From NCBI GenBank assembly GCA_965153455.1, contig OZ234493.1, positions 8,732,213 through 8,796,212 of the forward strand: a stretch of 64,000 nt of DNA. The letters are read 5' to 3'. A program made the translations under genes and the position numbers. The DNA is from Sphagnum compactum (taxonomy: Eukaryota). The notes below the pieces were generated by a model. The model was not told the origin of the DNA and ran no database searches. It saw only the letters and a list, made by a program, of their open reading frames with translations. Shown one piece after another: positions 13,087 through 26,964 of the stretch; position 1 is the first letter of the stretch, and each line of letters begins with the position of its first letter.

Positions 13087-15154
13087 CTAGGTGTTGATTG
13101 CACCACAAGTTTTTCGAATCTGTCCGTTCGTGCCTGTGAGAACTCCGACGTTCCCAAGCTTCACCATGGAGCGTGCGAAGCTGAATCCCCACGGGCTGGG
13201 GCCGAACTGGCCTGCGCGTCCCTGAGGCGCGAAAGACCTCACGAGCCCCGAAGTTCTTGGGTCATGAGTGAGCTCTTGATCGATTTGCAGAATGCCGTGG
13301 TTCAACTGGAGCTGTTGGAAGTAGCTGGTGTCGACGATGAACTCGGTACCTTGGTCCAGGGCCACGGGGTTGCCCAGGCCGCTGGCACCTTGAGGACACA
13401 CAGACTTCAGAGTAGCGACCAGAGCTGGGGCCATAGTGGGGTCGGCTACCCCAGTTCCTTGAAAGTTGTAAAGACGGTCAGAGAAAAACAAGCAGTGCGC
13501 AACTCCGACTGTGTGAGCCCCTGTTTTCATGCAACCAGAAATTTTCACATGTCAAACGCTGCGTGTGATCGAAGGGACTAACATTTTCTCAAGCCAATAT
13601 TCATGTGATAACTTCTTGCTCGTAAGCCAGCTTTGAGGTTCGACCCCATCTTTCTCATGTGAAGCTACATTGTCCGCGTCCACGAGCTAGCAAAGTACCA
13701 TGTAGACTTATAAGGACATCTTTCCATTAGGCTGTTGTGATGACGGTGATCACAGCAGCTTTCCGTTATGTATTTTCAACTAGTTGTGCTCACAGTCATC
13801 TTACAGCTCTATCAATCGAGCATTACTCAATTGCAAGAGCTATGAGAGCTATAAGGCAACCTGTGACTCACCGCCACTCACCATACACTAACATCTATCT
13901 TTTTTTATGAGAACATGTGTTCCCAGAGTTCCTAATATGATTAATTGCAGCAAGAAACAAGGCCCTATGTCAATGGCTTTTCCATTAGCCTGCTGTGATG
14001 TGTATAACTGTGATCACAACAGCCTGATGGATAGAGACCCTAAGAAAGCCATGTGAACATCGACTGTGATGATCAAAGGCTTTGAAATCTCGAACGAGAA
14101 ACTGTAGAGAATTATGTACCAGCGGTGACAGGAATTGGTACCTAGAAGAGTGGTAAGATCGTTGACGTTGAGGCCGATGGAATTGAAAGCTGCAATCGCC
14201 TGCGTTACAGTGTCAGTGGGTCCGGGCACGTCAACGGCCGACGCCAGTGACACGACTCCATCTCTGCGTCCGGTGGGAAAAAGAATTTGGGGTCCTCCTG
14301 CCTGTAAAGTATTACCCAGACTTGTTACTTTACACTCGACAAGACCTTAGTACAAGCAATCGTGATATGCATCTAACTATGAAGATCTCCGCGACTACTT
14401 GGGTTTCTTAGCAACATCTGTTAAGTTTTTGTGAATATGAAGGAGCTGAATAAGGAGGCTGGTTTCGAAGGATATCAAATGTACCAGAAGAACTACATCA
14501 CGAGTCGCGAGGGCGATAATGTCAGCGCAGGAAACGACGCCCGGGCAAGCTGCCTCGAGATTAGTCTTGATAGTGTTGATCAAGTCCTGACCGTGAATTG
14601 TTAGATTCGGTCCCGCTTCAATCTCAGCTTGGTTTCCCGGAGTGCTCAATATCAGAATGGATGCATCACAGCCCTGCAGAGTAACAAGAATACAGTCCAG
14701 AGGAACCAGTTACAATTTATAACTAGTGTCGGGATTCTACATGATCAAGCTGAGCTGCATGTGATGTTGCATTTCTCCGTGCATTCTATTCATTCAACCA
14801 CACCTTGAACGGAACAAAGTTTGAACTCCTCATGATCAAGGAGTTTGAACACTGATCTTGCAGAGTGCAACCCAATTAAAGTACCGTGACGAAGCAGTCA
14901 TGGAAGAACATGCGCAGCAATCCCGCCGTGATGGTTTTATCGCTGTTCCATTTTGCAATAACTGCAGCTCTGATGATGTTTTCCGCGCCGGGGCACGAAT
15001 TTCTGTAGAAGTTTAGTCCATAGGTTGGCGCTGCAGTTGCTGTGCCAGGATTCGGAAAGTTTGCTGCAACTGCGCCCTCAGCTACCCATACTACTTCACT
15101 GGTAGCCACCATGAGCACCACCAACAAACCAGCTACAAACGTCAACTTCTGCAT
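13087..15154 (-). CDS. Class III secretory haem peroxidase, 350 aa
   Basis: Four exons with GT-AG introns: 15154-14885, 14673-14485, 14301-14142, 13520-13087 (1053 nt). N-terminal signal peptide; [16 protein letters not shown] (distal His); [27 protein letters not shown] (proximal His); eight conserved Cys; C-terminal GQIRKTC. Confidence 0.97.
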
Positions 15155-15853
15155 CTTTCAAGCTGCTGTAGAACTCAGCTACCAGCTGCTGTTCCAAGAG
15201 ATATAGCACTGGAAGTCCTAGAGATGGCAAAGCTGCAGCTTATATAGAGAATACACTGATTGATTATACTACTGAAAGCTTCAAATCTAAAGCTTCACCA
15301 GATCAGGATCTGTAAGAAGAGTTTTTATGCAGCTAGCAGAGGATGTCCAAGATCAATTAGTACTGTAAAACTATGTAATGCTGAGATTTAGCTCAGGATC
15401 AGTATTCTGCAACTAGCTAGCAGCTGCAGTACTCTCTAGTATTGATCAGAATGGGGTGGTATCTTCTTTGTAGCAGCAGGCATCTACTGAACTCACAATT
15501 GCAGAGCTGTGAAATCTAGAGACATGCGACACTCTCTTTATACAAATGCTAAGGCGCTGACTTTGTTATACAAAATTTTGACGCGGCCACAAAACAGTTG
15601 AGCAGCTGGATCATCAATCTTCTTGGATCAGGTGAGGTTCTAAATAAAGAAGTCAAAGGCGAAGTTACAGGCTGTGTAAAACCCACCTCCCTGGCTTGTC
15701 ATTGTAGTATTCATCTACAAAGCTGTAGACTTGGAGCTCCAAGGATCAGGCTGCACAAGCTCTTAGAGGATCAACGTACTAGACCACTTGTGGTTATAAT
15801 TGTTTCTTCTCTACAACTAAAGTGAAAAAGTTTACGTTTACTAATATAATATG

Positions 15854-16074
15854 TGTCAGATCTTGACTTCAACTAATCCAACATTATTCCTAACTTATTA
15901 GGAGTGGGCCCCTCTGATATTGGCCTAAGTATATCCAACCTCCTGTAAGGTCACCCATCCCAAGAGTCTTTAAGCCCCAAGAGAGCTTAACTTCAGGGTT
16001 CTTGTGAAACCCAATGGTGAGAAAAACCAATCAGAAAAAATACTTTTTGCAGATGAAAATTACTTTCTTTGACA
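15854..16074 (-). mobile_element. Putative solo LTR of a Cassandra-like TRIM carrying a 5S-rRNA-derived segment
   Basis: Termini TGTCA...TGACA flanked by ATATG/ATATC. Minus strand of 15938-16019 aligns with the 5S rRNA internal control region: AGTTAAGC...TTGGG (box A area) and GGATGGGTGACCT (box C), at 5S-like spacing. Confidence 0.6.
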
Positions 16075-19000
16075 ATATCAAAAGGAGAGGGGGCCTACAA
16101 TTTGAGATGAATACAAAGTGATCACATCCAAACAAACACCTATCTTAAAAAATAAAAGAGAGAGAGAGTTCATGTTGTGGTTTTGACTACAAGCATCCAC
16201 TACAAGCATCCACTAGAATGAAATCACCATTTTACAACTTGTCTTACATTATTGAAAATGTTGTTTACAACTATTTTGATCTCTTTACAGAAGGGTAATC
16301 TGTAAAACACTTGAAACAAATTTCATAAGTTTATTTGGATCTTGCACCTCATTTCCAATGTGTAAGTCTCCATCCAAGAAAAGGGGAGGTACATACACCT
16401 ACTTCATAAGAGTTGGAGGAAAATTAACAGTTTTTTTATAGCCTCAAGAAATAGGTGTAAAAACTAGTGTTGGCAAGTTCTTGGATTTACACAAGTTTAG
16501 ATTTTAGATTAGGTTCTAGAATCCTTAGATTGGAGGGTCTAAGTTTTGTTAGAACTGCGCGTAGAACCTAATCAAATAACCAACATCTTTTCAAATTGAA
16601 TTAAGATTTGAACTGGGGTGTTACTCAATTAAAACAAGTCTAAATTCTCTAGGTAGTACAACTTTGTGAAAACAAAACATAAAATTGACTTACATTGTAA
16701 AGAACTTATTGCATTTGATTAGTTTTAAACTTTGTTCACTAGTTGAACAAACTGATGCTGCACCAAAAAAATAATCGTTTAGTTATGGGTAATGAAGATA
16801 GAATTGGGCTTGCTCTTAAAGCAAACTAACTCTAAATTCTTTATGAAAATAACCGAAATTAAAGATTTCAAAAATTTCCAAAGAATCAGTCTCAAGAACA
16901 AATCGAAGGTTCTATCAAAAAATAAAATAAAATAATAAAATAAAATAAAGTCAAAATCAAAAACTGAACAACACTGATAAGAACCCTCCCCCTCCTATGC
17001 CTCTTGATCTATGCATGTTTAAGTTGATAATAACATTTGTGTAAGATAATTGTATAATGGGTAAAACCCATGGGTAGGGGACATTTCCAAAATGTGGGAC
17101 CAGACTCGGATGAAAGGCCAGTGCATTCATGAACTAGGTAAACAGGATTGAGCCTGCAAATTGGCTTGAATTCACAAGATGCAGCAAGTTTTTCCTACAA
17201 CCAGTCAAGACCGTGCTCTTAAGTCTCCCAAATTCTAGTGATAGAATATGCACCATGGAAAATCATTAGGTTGTGAGCTGTTCACCAAGTTGACCAAAGA
17301 AAACTTTGGAGGCAATCTCTTTGAAAATCATTTCTTGCACTCAAGAGCAGACTAGTAAAATTAAAAAAATTATCAGGCAACTTAGGTTAAGCTTAGAACC
17401 ACATGTTTTAGAAATTATGCAAAATTGCTTCATGAATTTGGGTTCTTGGTGAAAACATTTGCAGTCAAAGATAAAGCCAGATTTTGCTTCTGTTTTTAAG
17501 GAAACCTCCACCCAAAAGAACCTAGTAAGGCCTGTTATAATAAACAAGTTAACATCAGCCGTTGCCGTATATCACCCATCATAGGAAATGGAAAAAATAT
17601 TCTTCTAAAATCTGTAATCTGAGCGAGTGGAACTTAAGATCAAATTTAGCTTGATTCTATTAGTAGCTAGTGATTCAAAATTTTCAAGTCAGAAAATAAA
17701 AAGATATATATTGTCACAAATTCTCTTTTTTTTTGAAAAGGTCAAATTTCCAGGGAAAATAATACCAACAAAAATTTGCCACATTTTGCCACAATTTTTA
17801 GATGTGGGGCTGTTTTTCACCAGTTTTCTACAGTTTTGACAGTTTTCGAAACACTTGATGCCAATTAATACTGAATAATTTTTCAGGGCAATTGCTAAAT
17901 CATGATGCTACTACATCACAGAATTTGGGAAAAAATGGGAGTTAGCCAGCCCTTTTATTTTTGGAGTGTGAATTTCACACAGTTGTGAAATTTGATCTCA
18001 TAAATTCAATCAGTATTTGAAACAAGAAATCCAAATTTCTTAAATAAAATTTAGAATGTCTTTTAAAATCACTATATTTCCGTAGATGGCTCAAGTAGCT
18101 AGGAAAAAAAAAAGGATGTTTAAATTTTTCCTTTGAATTTTTGTTAATAGCTGAATTTGACTAAATCAGCTTATGAATGATCACCACCTCAGCTACATCA
18201 CAACATTGAGAACAAAAAAACACTGGGCCACACATCTGAGCTTAATCAAACTCCAAAAAATAAGGTTGTGTTAAGCTTTGATTTCCCTTGAAATGTGGAG
18301 GATGGTTAACCATGAATATTGTCACTATTCAGGGTTTAAGAGCCAGGGTTTATGAGTTTGTAAGCTGGTAGTTGAGTTTGAAGAAACCTGTGCCATTATT
18401 TCTAGTGTTGCTGCATGTAGCCTTACTGACCATAATAATGCCAGTGGGGTTCTGAAAACTCAATGCCCACCTCCAAAGATGGGCATCACATTTTCAAAAA
18501 ACTTGTCATAATTTTTTTCCTTCTAAAAACATGCTATGGATTCCAGGAAAAACAATTAAAAAGAAGAATGCACACAATTTTTTTATGCCAGGTAAAGCCC
18601 TTGAGGTCGAGCTTTACAGGAATTGAGCCTGCACTTGGCTCCACACTTCGCAGGGCCCTTTTGCCCATAAAGCCCCACCCCAGGGCTTTACCCTACACAT
18701 TACTATCCAATTGGCATAAAAAGCAGCAGTGGTTTGTTGAATCCAGAACCCGAGGAGATGGAGGAACCGTGTTGAGAGGCTCCTTTACTTTATTAAGAAC
18801 TATTGCTGAGCTTCCATCATGAAGGTTCCTTCCAGCATCGGCCAGTTCTCCACTCAACTAAGTCCTGGCTTTCATTATATTTGGCAATCCAACATTGTCT
18901 TCATTCTCTCTCACCAAACGGAAGTTGAGGTCTTCGCTAAGCTTTAATATGCCATGGTATCTTGTACTGCGAGCTGGACTTCTGAGGACACTTTTCAAAA

Positions 19001-20571
19001 TTTTCCCTAAAATATATCCATTGTTTCCTCTCCAGTGAGCTTACTACCCCTTGATTTTAGCTATTTTTGGGAAATACATGCAGTGTCTTTGGGCCAGGCT
19101 GCCAGGAGTTGACGCACTTTTGCAATCCTTTTTCTTCACAGTCATAATAGAGGCTGAAAATGATGCTTGTGCTATGGACACAAATATGTGAGGTTGACTT
19201 TGCACAATGCTTAGAATGCTAGGATAAATCATTGGCGGCAGTTTCTGAGCTCTTTCCACATTGACATTACGAGGATTGGAGATTTTGGGCGAGCAAGGAA
19301 TTACTTGGTTGGTTCGAAGCTCAGTGTTGTGCGATTATAACTTTTCAAGAGAACCTCTGGTTCCAGTTCCAACTTTTTTTAAAATGTGAATGGTTCCCTA
19401 TTCCTCAAGTTTCAAGACTCTTGGTGTGTTAGTTTTTCAGAAAAACATTTAATAAAGTTATTAATAAAGTCACCCTCTCTTTCACCCCGTATCCACTCTG
19501 CTTTCCCAGCCCATCCCCTCTTCCAGTGATATCGGCAAAGCAATGAAATTTTATTAAATCTCAGCATGAAAATTAATGTTGAAACTCAGTATTTAATGCA
19601 CAAGGTTCTAGACTAATTATAGTAGTTGTACAGGTAAGAGCAGTGGAAATATATGTAGCAGCACTGGAGGCGCTCAGAAAAACGGAAAGAGGGGATGAAA
19701 AAGAGTTTACACCAAAATTAGTTACCAGCATTGCACAATCAATAAAAAGTGTTCATATGTGCTCACTAAATGCCTAAACTCCAATAAACAAAAGAAAACA
19801 AACTTGCATATATATATACTTGGCTAAATTTGGGACACTCAAGCTTGCTTGCATCTGTCGATGGGTGGGGGCAAGGAGGGTGGTAGCTCATTTTTCAAAT
19901 GTAACAATTACATGCCTAATTAAGTACCTAGTTACTGGTGATTAATGTAAGACTTTTTAAGGTTTAGGGTTACATAGCATATTTCTTGGCATATTCGTAT
20001 GCTGACCTTGAGTACACATGTAAAATGGGCACTCAGAGGAATGTATAACATTTTTGGTAACATTGTCCAATAATCAAGAGGCTTTGTTCAGATTAAATGA
20101 TCTTTAAATCATTGAAAAAGCTCTTTAAAAGGGTTATAACAAAAATCTGTCTTTGCCTTCAGGATTCGGCACGCACTCCAGCTTAGGTTGGCTAATTTGG
20201 GTTTTTTACACAGTCCACTCAGAAGTAGTTTAGCCCTGCAATTCAAAATTAATTTTGTTCCAAGTTCATTTCATTCTACTTCCACCATGAAAATAAGATT
20301 AAATTCAGGAAGCAACTGATATGCTGGTGCCATTGAGCTGTTACCTTCCCTAGGCCAGAGTGAATTAACAGCCACCAATGCACCAGTTGGCCGTTCTGTC
20401 CACTGGATGGGTTGCGTTTTTTCATTCGGCGCCGGATGGGGCTCATCACAGTCGATTTCTTTTTGCTGCTGACCACTGTACTTTTTTTTTTTTTTTCTTG
20501 CTCGTTTTTCCCTGGACCTGACCTCACACATAGCTACCCTGCTCACTTTTCTACCCTGTTCACTTTTCTAC

Positions 20572-20711
20572 CTAGCTACTGTACTCACCACCTACCCTAC
20601 TAACCTGGCTACTGTACTCACCACCTGCCCTACTAACCTGGCTACTGTACTCATCACCTACCCTACTAACCTAGCTACTGTACTTACCACCTACCCTACT
20701 AACCTAGCTAC
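20572..20711. repeat. Left subterminal tandem repeat of the MULE, 33-bp unit x about 4
   Basis: Unit CCTAGCTACTGTACTCACCACCTACCCTACTAA; further partial copies near 20945 and 22895. Confidence 0.85.
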
Positions 20712-23700
20712 CCTATTAATTACATACCCTACCCTAAAAACCTTACCCTAAATGCAATACCTGCATTTTGGGCCATTTCGAAAGTATGCATGTGGGGTTC
20801 AAGCTTTCTTTATACAAAGATCCTACCCTAAATGCAATACCTGCATTTTGGGCCATTTCGAAAGTACGCATGTGGGCTTTTAGCATCTTTATATGAAGAT
20901 CATACCCTAAATGCAATACTTGCATTTTGGGTCACATCACTAACCAAGCTACTGTACTAACCACCTACCCTACTAACCTAGCTACTCTATTAATTACATA
21001 CCCTACTAACTTAATCATTAGGTTTAGGGTTGAGACACATAAATTAATTGATAAGTTTTTCATAAATGTATAATAATTAATTTAAAATAAGCTAAATTTG
21101 GGGGGAAAATTTTAGGGTTTACACACATGTGAAGTAATACAATTGCATTTTATACCTTCTTCAAAAAGAATGGAAAAATTAGGTTGGAAAAATCACACAA
21201 AGGTAAAAGACATATCTTCTTTTTTGGTTTTGTACGAAATTTATTTGATTATTTCTAAAGATTAACATATTTTCTTTCAGTTAATAAATATTTATAATTA
21301 AAAACCTTTGAATTTTGGTTTCTAAATTTTTTCCTATGTTCTTTTAAATTTGGTTATTTTGCATTATATGATTTGTATAGTTTATATAGTTTTTTGGGTT
21401 TAGGGCATATATCACTAATTCTTCTTTTTGTTAGGGTTTGTATAGTTAGGGTTTATATGAAGATCCCACCCTAAATGCAATACCTGCATTTTGGGGCACA
21501 CAAAAAATACACATGTGGGGTTTAAGCATCTTTATATGAAGATCCTACCCTAAATGCAATACCTGCAATTTGGGCCACTCCGAAAGGACGCATATAGGGT
21601 TTAAGCTTCTTTATATGAAGATCCTACCCTAAATGCAATACCTACATTTTGGGGCACACAAAAATAATTAATTAATTTCAAATTAATATGCTAACAAAGG
21701 TGTGTATAGAGGTTAACGTTGTTGATTAGGAGTTCCATGATTCTTACTTCGTTTCATGAATTTGAAAAGAGGTTGTATTGTTTGTGGATCAAATAATATG
21801 ATGACAATTGTGATCAAACTTATCTTGGTGTAGGAATTTTTCATGAAAAAGCTGAACTTACAATCGATAACATGGAATAATTATCTTAAATAGTGATTTC
21901 AATAACTTATTAAAACAAAAATATACTTCAGTTAATTAATCAAATATCAAATTAATCAATCTGATTTTTGATAATTATTCATCTAAATTATTTGATAATA
22001 AATTAATTATCAGAAATATTTTATATTAAATTGGGGGGAAATTTTTGGGTTTAGATATATGTGACACAATACAATCTCGTTCTATATTTTCTTCAAAGAG
22101 ATTGAGAAAATGAGGTTGGAGTTATCACACAAATGTAATTAACAAACTTTATGTGAAAACCCAACCCTGAATGCGATACAAAGTTTGTTGAGATCAAAAA
22201 TAAACCAGCAACTATTATGAGACCTATATGCGAGTATTGCAAGAGATGCCAAAAAAAACCAGCAGCTATTATGGGAACTATATGCAGGTATTGCAACGAA
22301 TGTTATAAAAACCCAACGAATACCATGGATCGATATGCGGGTATTGCAACGAATGAAGAATGTCAGCAACTATTCAGTTGGTAAAAGTAAGTACGGGTGT
22401 AGGTATTGCAACGAAACCCCAAAATTCTAGTTCGTAAAGGTAAGTATAAGTCTGAAGTTGAAATGAAAAAACAAACCTAAATGTAATACCCACGTTTGAA
22501 AAAACCCCATCTAAATGGTTTGGATACCCTTAAGTGAAGACCTAGCCCTAAACACAATATGCATATGCAAAGTCACTTTGAAATAACCCAACCCTAAATG
22601 CAATACCTGCAATTTGGGTCACTCCTAAAGGACGCATGTAAGGTTTAAGCTTTCTTTATACGAAGATCTTACCCTAAATGCAATACCTGCATTTTGGGTC
22701 ACGTTGAAAGTACGCAAGTGGGATTTAGGCTTATTTATATGAAGATCCCACCCTAAATGCAATACCTGCATTTTGGGTCACTCTGAATAGCTACCTTACT
22801 CACTTTCCTACCCTCATAAGTATTGCACCAACCTTCATACCTTATTTATTATCCCTTACTCACATAGCTACCCTAATAACTAGTTATCCTACTGACCTAG
22901 CTATTGTACTAACCACCTACCCTACTAACCTAGCTACTCTATTAATTACATACCCTACTAACTTAACCATTAGGTTTAGGGTTGAGACACATAAATTAGT
23001 TCATAAGTTTCTCACAAATGTATAGTAATTAATCTAAAGTAGGCTAAATTTGGGGGGAAAATTTTAGGGTTTACACATATGTGAAGTAATACAATTGCAT
23101 TCTATATATTCTTCCAAAAGAGTGGAAAAATTTAAGTTGGAGAGATCACACAAAGGTAAAAGACATATCTTCTCTTTTGGTTTTGTATGAAAATTATTTG
23201 ATTGTTTTTGTAGATTAACGTATTTTTCATTATATAATTTGTATAGTTTTTTGGGTTTAGGACATATATTAGTAAGACTTTTTCTTGTTAGGGTTTGTAT
23301 AAATAGGGTTGTAATAAGGCTTATGGCAAAATATCATTTGAATTTTAAAGGTTATGCTTTATTATTTAGTGTATAAGAATTTGGTTCATATATTTCAAAA
23401 CCTAAGGTTTATACTCTAAATTTTGTTCATTGTATTGGTTTTTGATCTTTTCACTTGTTTAGATCTATACCATAATTTGAATTTCCTTTGTTTCCATATG
23501 TTCCATAGTTGCTAGGGTTTAATATTTTCTAACCCATTTTTTTACGAGTTATGATTTTTTAGGGTTGCATTTTCAATTGGGACTATAAACTTTGGTGGAA
23601 CGTTGTCATCTTTTATTCTTAAAGGTATGCATTTGTTTCTTGTTACTTCTTTTGTTTTTTTGTTTATATTTTTCACAATTCAACCTCTTTTCATTTCCTA

Positions 23701-24268
23701 CTTGTTGGATATAGAAAGGGCATCAAGTTTCATTAAATATACAAGCATAGATAAAGGTTTTATACTTTTACATGGATATTTCATATTCAATATTTCTTTG
23801 TAGTTCTTTTTTTCATACCCATATGCGAATTATGCATTGACTACCCACAACCAGTGTGGGTTTTATGGCTTAAGGCAGGTATTGCATTTTGCACCTTTCA
23901 AACAGTGTGCATTAATTATCATTATGTAGGTATTGCTACATGGGGTTTTCAGACATTATGGGTTTAAGGTACAATACGGGTATTGCATATGAGAAAATTT
24001 TCAATGATGGGAGGTTTAATAGCTCAATGTGGGTATTGCCAAAGTTTGTTTTAGTATATGGGTTCATAATGCAAGTGTTGTACGTTATGTACATTGGAAT
24101 AATAGGTTTTTTATATCATGATATGGGTGTTGTAATGGGAATTCCAAGTCACAACATTGATTTTAAAGGAGCCATGAATGTATTGCATTTTGGGTTTTTG
24201 TTCAATGATGAATGTTTAGAGAATTATAAATTCTCTTGATGCAGGAATTTGTCCTACTTCCTTCAATC

Positions 24269-26964
24269 ATGGGAAGGGTTCCAAAGTCCCATTCCATTCA
24301 TGTCCAAAACCCCACCAAGTCCCCTTTCTCAAATAAAGACTTGGTGTGGACGTTTGGGATACGCCATGGAGGGCAAAATAAAGTGAGCATTCAATTTGCT
24401 TATGTTCCGTATACTCGCATCTCGGAATTCTTGGAAGGTGAACGAGGGGATACGAGCACCCCTGTGGAATGGAGTGTTTACAAAAACTTTCCAAGCCAAA
24501 CGGATGTCAAGCATCCAACTATCAAAAACCACCTCGGGCATACATGGTAAACATTTATGGCATTAACCTTTTTAATTTATTTAATTCATATACCAAAGAT
24601 GTAATCATTTACATTTTGAAAGTTTTTTGGTCTAGGTATCAATGCGCATATGGACCAGAGGACTATCGAGAAAATTCAACCCACACTCGATCTATTAAAC
24701 GAGGATGCCTAGCGTCATTCTCAATCAAACGTCTATACACACGACCTGATGTGGCTGAGATCACAATTTATCATAAGGCCCATACACGAATTGATGGGTC
24801 ATTCGCACATGGTGAGCATGACCCAGAGTCCATTTCTCGTATGTCTCGTTATGCTCCACGCATGTCACAAGCACTGAAAGACCACATATGGGCCCAATTA
24901 AGCTTAGGTTATACCCCCAAACAAATATATGACAAGCATAAAGCAATTTGGTGAGAACGTGTGAATGCGGGTCAAAGCATGACACGAGATGATTTCATTC
25001 GGCTTCAAGACATTGCATATTTGGATCGAAAACATAAGAAAGGGAGTTGGCGTTTACACACTAACCCTGCAATTTCAATTCGGTCTTGGGCTCTCCAACA
25101 TCCGGAAGATGTGTTCTTTTTCCAAGATGTTGGTGAAATGAATGGAACTCAAGTCCCATTCACCATAGGTATTCAAACACCAACTCAATGTGAGTCCATG
25201 CTATCATATGGTCACAATGGTGCCATTTCTATGGATGCCACATTTGGCACAAATGACATGAAATTCCATCTATTCACCTTGATGGGATTTGATGATCATC
25301 GCACGGGTGTCCCTTTAGCCTGGATCATTACAGGTAGGCAAACAGTGCAAGATTTGATCGAATGGTTGAAACCATTAAAAGAGAAGATGTTATCACTCAT
25401 GCCACATTGGAAACCATCATGTTTTCTCGTTGATGATGCACCTCAAGAATTGAAGGCATTACGGTTAGTTCTATACCTAGTATCGACTTTGTGTTTATTT
25501 CCTTAAATGTTTTTTAATATCTTTCATAAAATTCTTGATTACTTCAAATGCATTTTATGTTGTACTAACCCCATCCACTCATGGATATTTTATTGCATAT
25601 GTGTCCTTATTAGGGTCGTATGGGGTATGGACAAGGTTCCCATCTACCTTTGTTGTTGGCATGTTCTCAAAGCATGGCGCCTACATGGTACTGAAAAAAT
25701 CAAAGATGTGGAAGTGCGGGGTGGAATCCTCCAAGACCTTCATGATGTGATGTACATGTCCATCAATCATGGAGAAACAATTGATGACTTCAAAGAGCGT
25801 GGGAGGGTTGCTGTGAGAGAAAGCCTTCATAAACATAGGCCTGGTGATGCGTGGACAAACTATTTCTGGACTTATTACCATCAATTTGGTAAGTGATAAT
25901 ACTTATCATGGTTCAGCATTCAAATTTATTTTGTATAATGTTATTCATCCTTGTGTATTGTGTTTATGTTTGTAGAATTATGGATGGTGGGTGTTCGAAG
26001 AGTGCCCCATTCCAACCAAGACACCCAAGTGAGCATTGAATCATATCATGGTGCGTTGAAACGTTGGCTTGCTCTTGACACAAGAGGCCTTAGAGGGCGT
26101 AGGATTGACTGGTTGGTGTGGCGATTAACAACAACCATTGCACGCCACTACATGCACACATTGGAAATGAAAAAGAGGGGTTTCATAAAAAACAAGGTTA
26201 TGGAGGCCATTATTACACGAAGTGTGGAGAAGGCAGCCCTTATTCCAATCAGCCATGTGTACCAACCAACCCTTGAGAGTGATGGAGCTTGGGCCGTACG
26301 GAGCCAACGCCTTCCCAATGTTATTTACACGGTGAAATTCCCATTCACCGAAATGTTTTGTTGCACATGCGAATGGGCATTGCGAGCGAACATGTGTAAA
26401 CACCAAATTAAGGTCATTCTCACATGCACAGACATTTCTCAAGAGGATATCATTCATTATTGTGGAACATGGTATGGATCACATCGTGGAGGGTTGGGTC
26501 ACATGTTTGCAGACCCGCAACATATTCCAGATGATATGGAGTCTAGTGATGATGACGAAGATGATCATCTTGAAGGTGATGATGGGATCATGGAATTTGA
26601 TGGGCTCATGAACATGGAGCAAAATGATCTCCCTATGGGTGCCATTGTAGGGTCTAATGAGACAATAATGTCATCAACCCCAATGGAAAGGGCTCTTGCA
26701 CAATTGGTCACTACAATGCAAGAGATCACAAATGAATGTAAAGAAGGCGATGTGACACTTTGTGAACATGCCACCTCACACATGAGAGTATTGGCATGTA
26801 ATATTCGTAACATACGCCTCACAAAGGCAAATGCAATTTCACACCCAGGATTGGTGTTACGCCGTGTAGAAGATGGATTGGGAAATAGTGTCAAACGGCT
26901 CAAAGATTGGCATGAAACAATGCTCAATCACACAAATGTACGTACTAAACGATGTCATGAATAA
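24269..26964 (+). pseudogene. MuDR/MULE transposase with SWIM zinc finger (about 789 codons), one premature stop
   Basis: Exons 24269-24546, 24636-25463, 25614-25888 and 25976-26964 join in frame (2370 nt, GT-AG). Motifs: YQCAYGPEDY..RGCLASFSIKRLY; DDE residues in ISMDATFGTN, FLVDDA and SIESYHG; CCWH (CxxH); SWIM CTCEWALRANMCKH. In-frame TGA at 24952-24954. A likely 5' UTR intron spans about 23625-24244. Confidence 0.9.

Noticed and set aside
15938-16019. Functional 5S rRNA gene
   Set aside because: Only the central region matches; both ends are missing and there are many substitutions.
18690-19260. Coding-like minus-strand segment with a possible donor near 19040
   Set aside because: Interrupted by stops and no recognisable domain; possibly a gene relic, but unsupported without a search.
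24951-24957. TG|GTGAGA as a splice donor that would skip the transposase stop
   Set aside because: Downstream sequence stays in frame and looks coding (MTRDDF...), with no AT-rich intron or nearby acceptor. A nonsense mutation is more likely.
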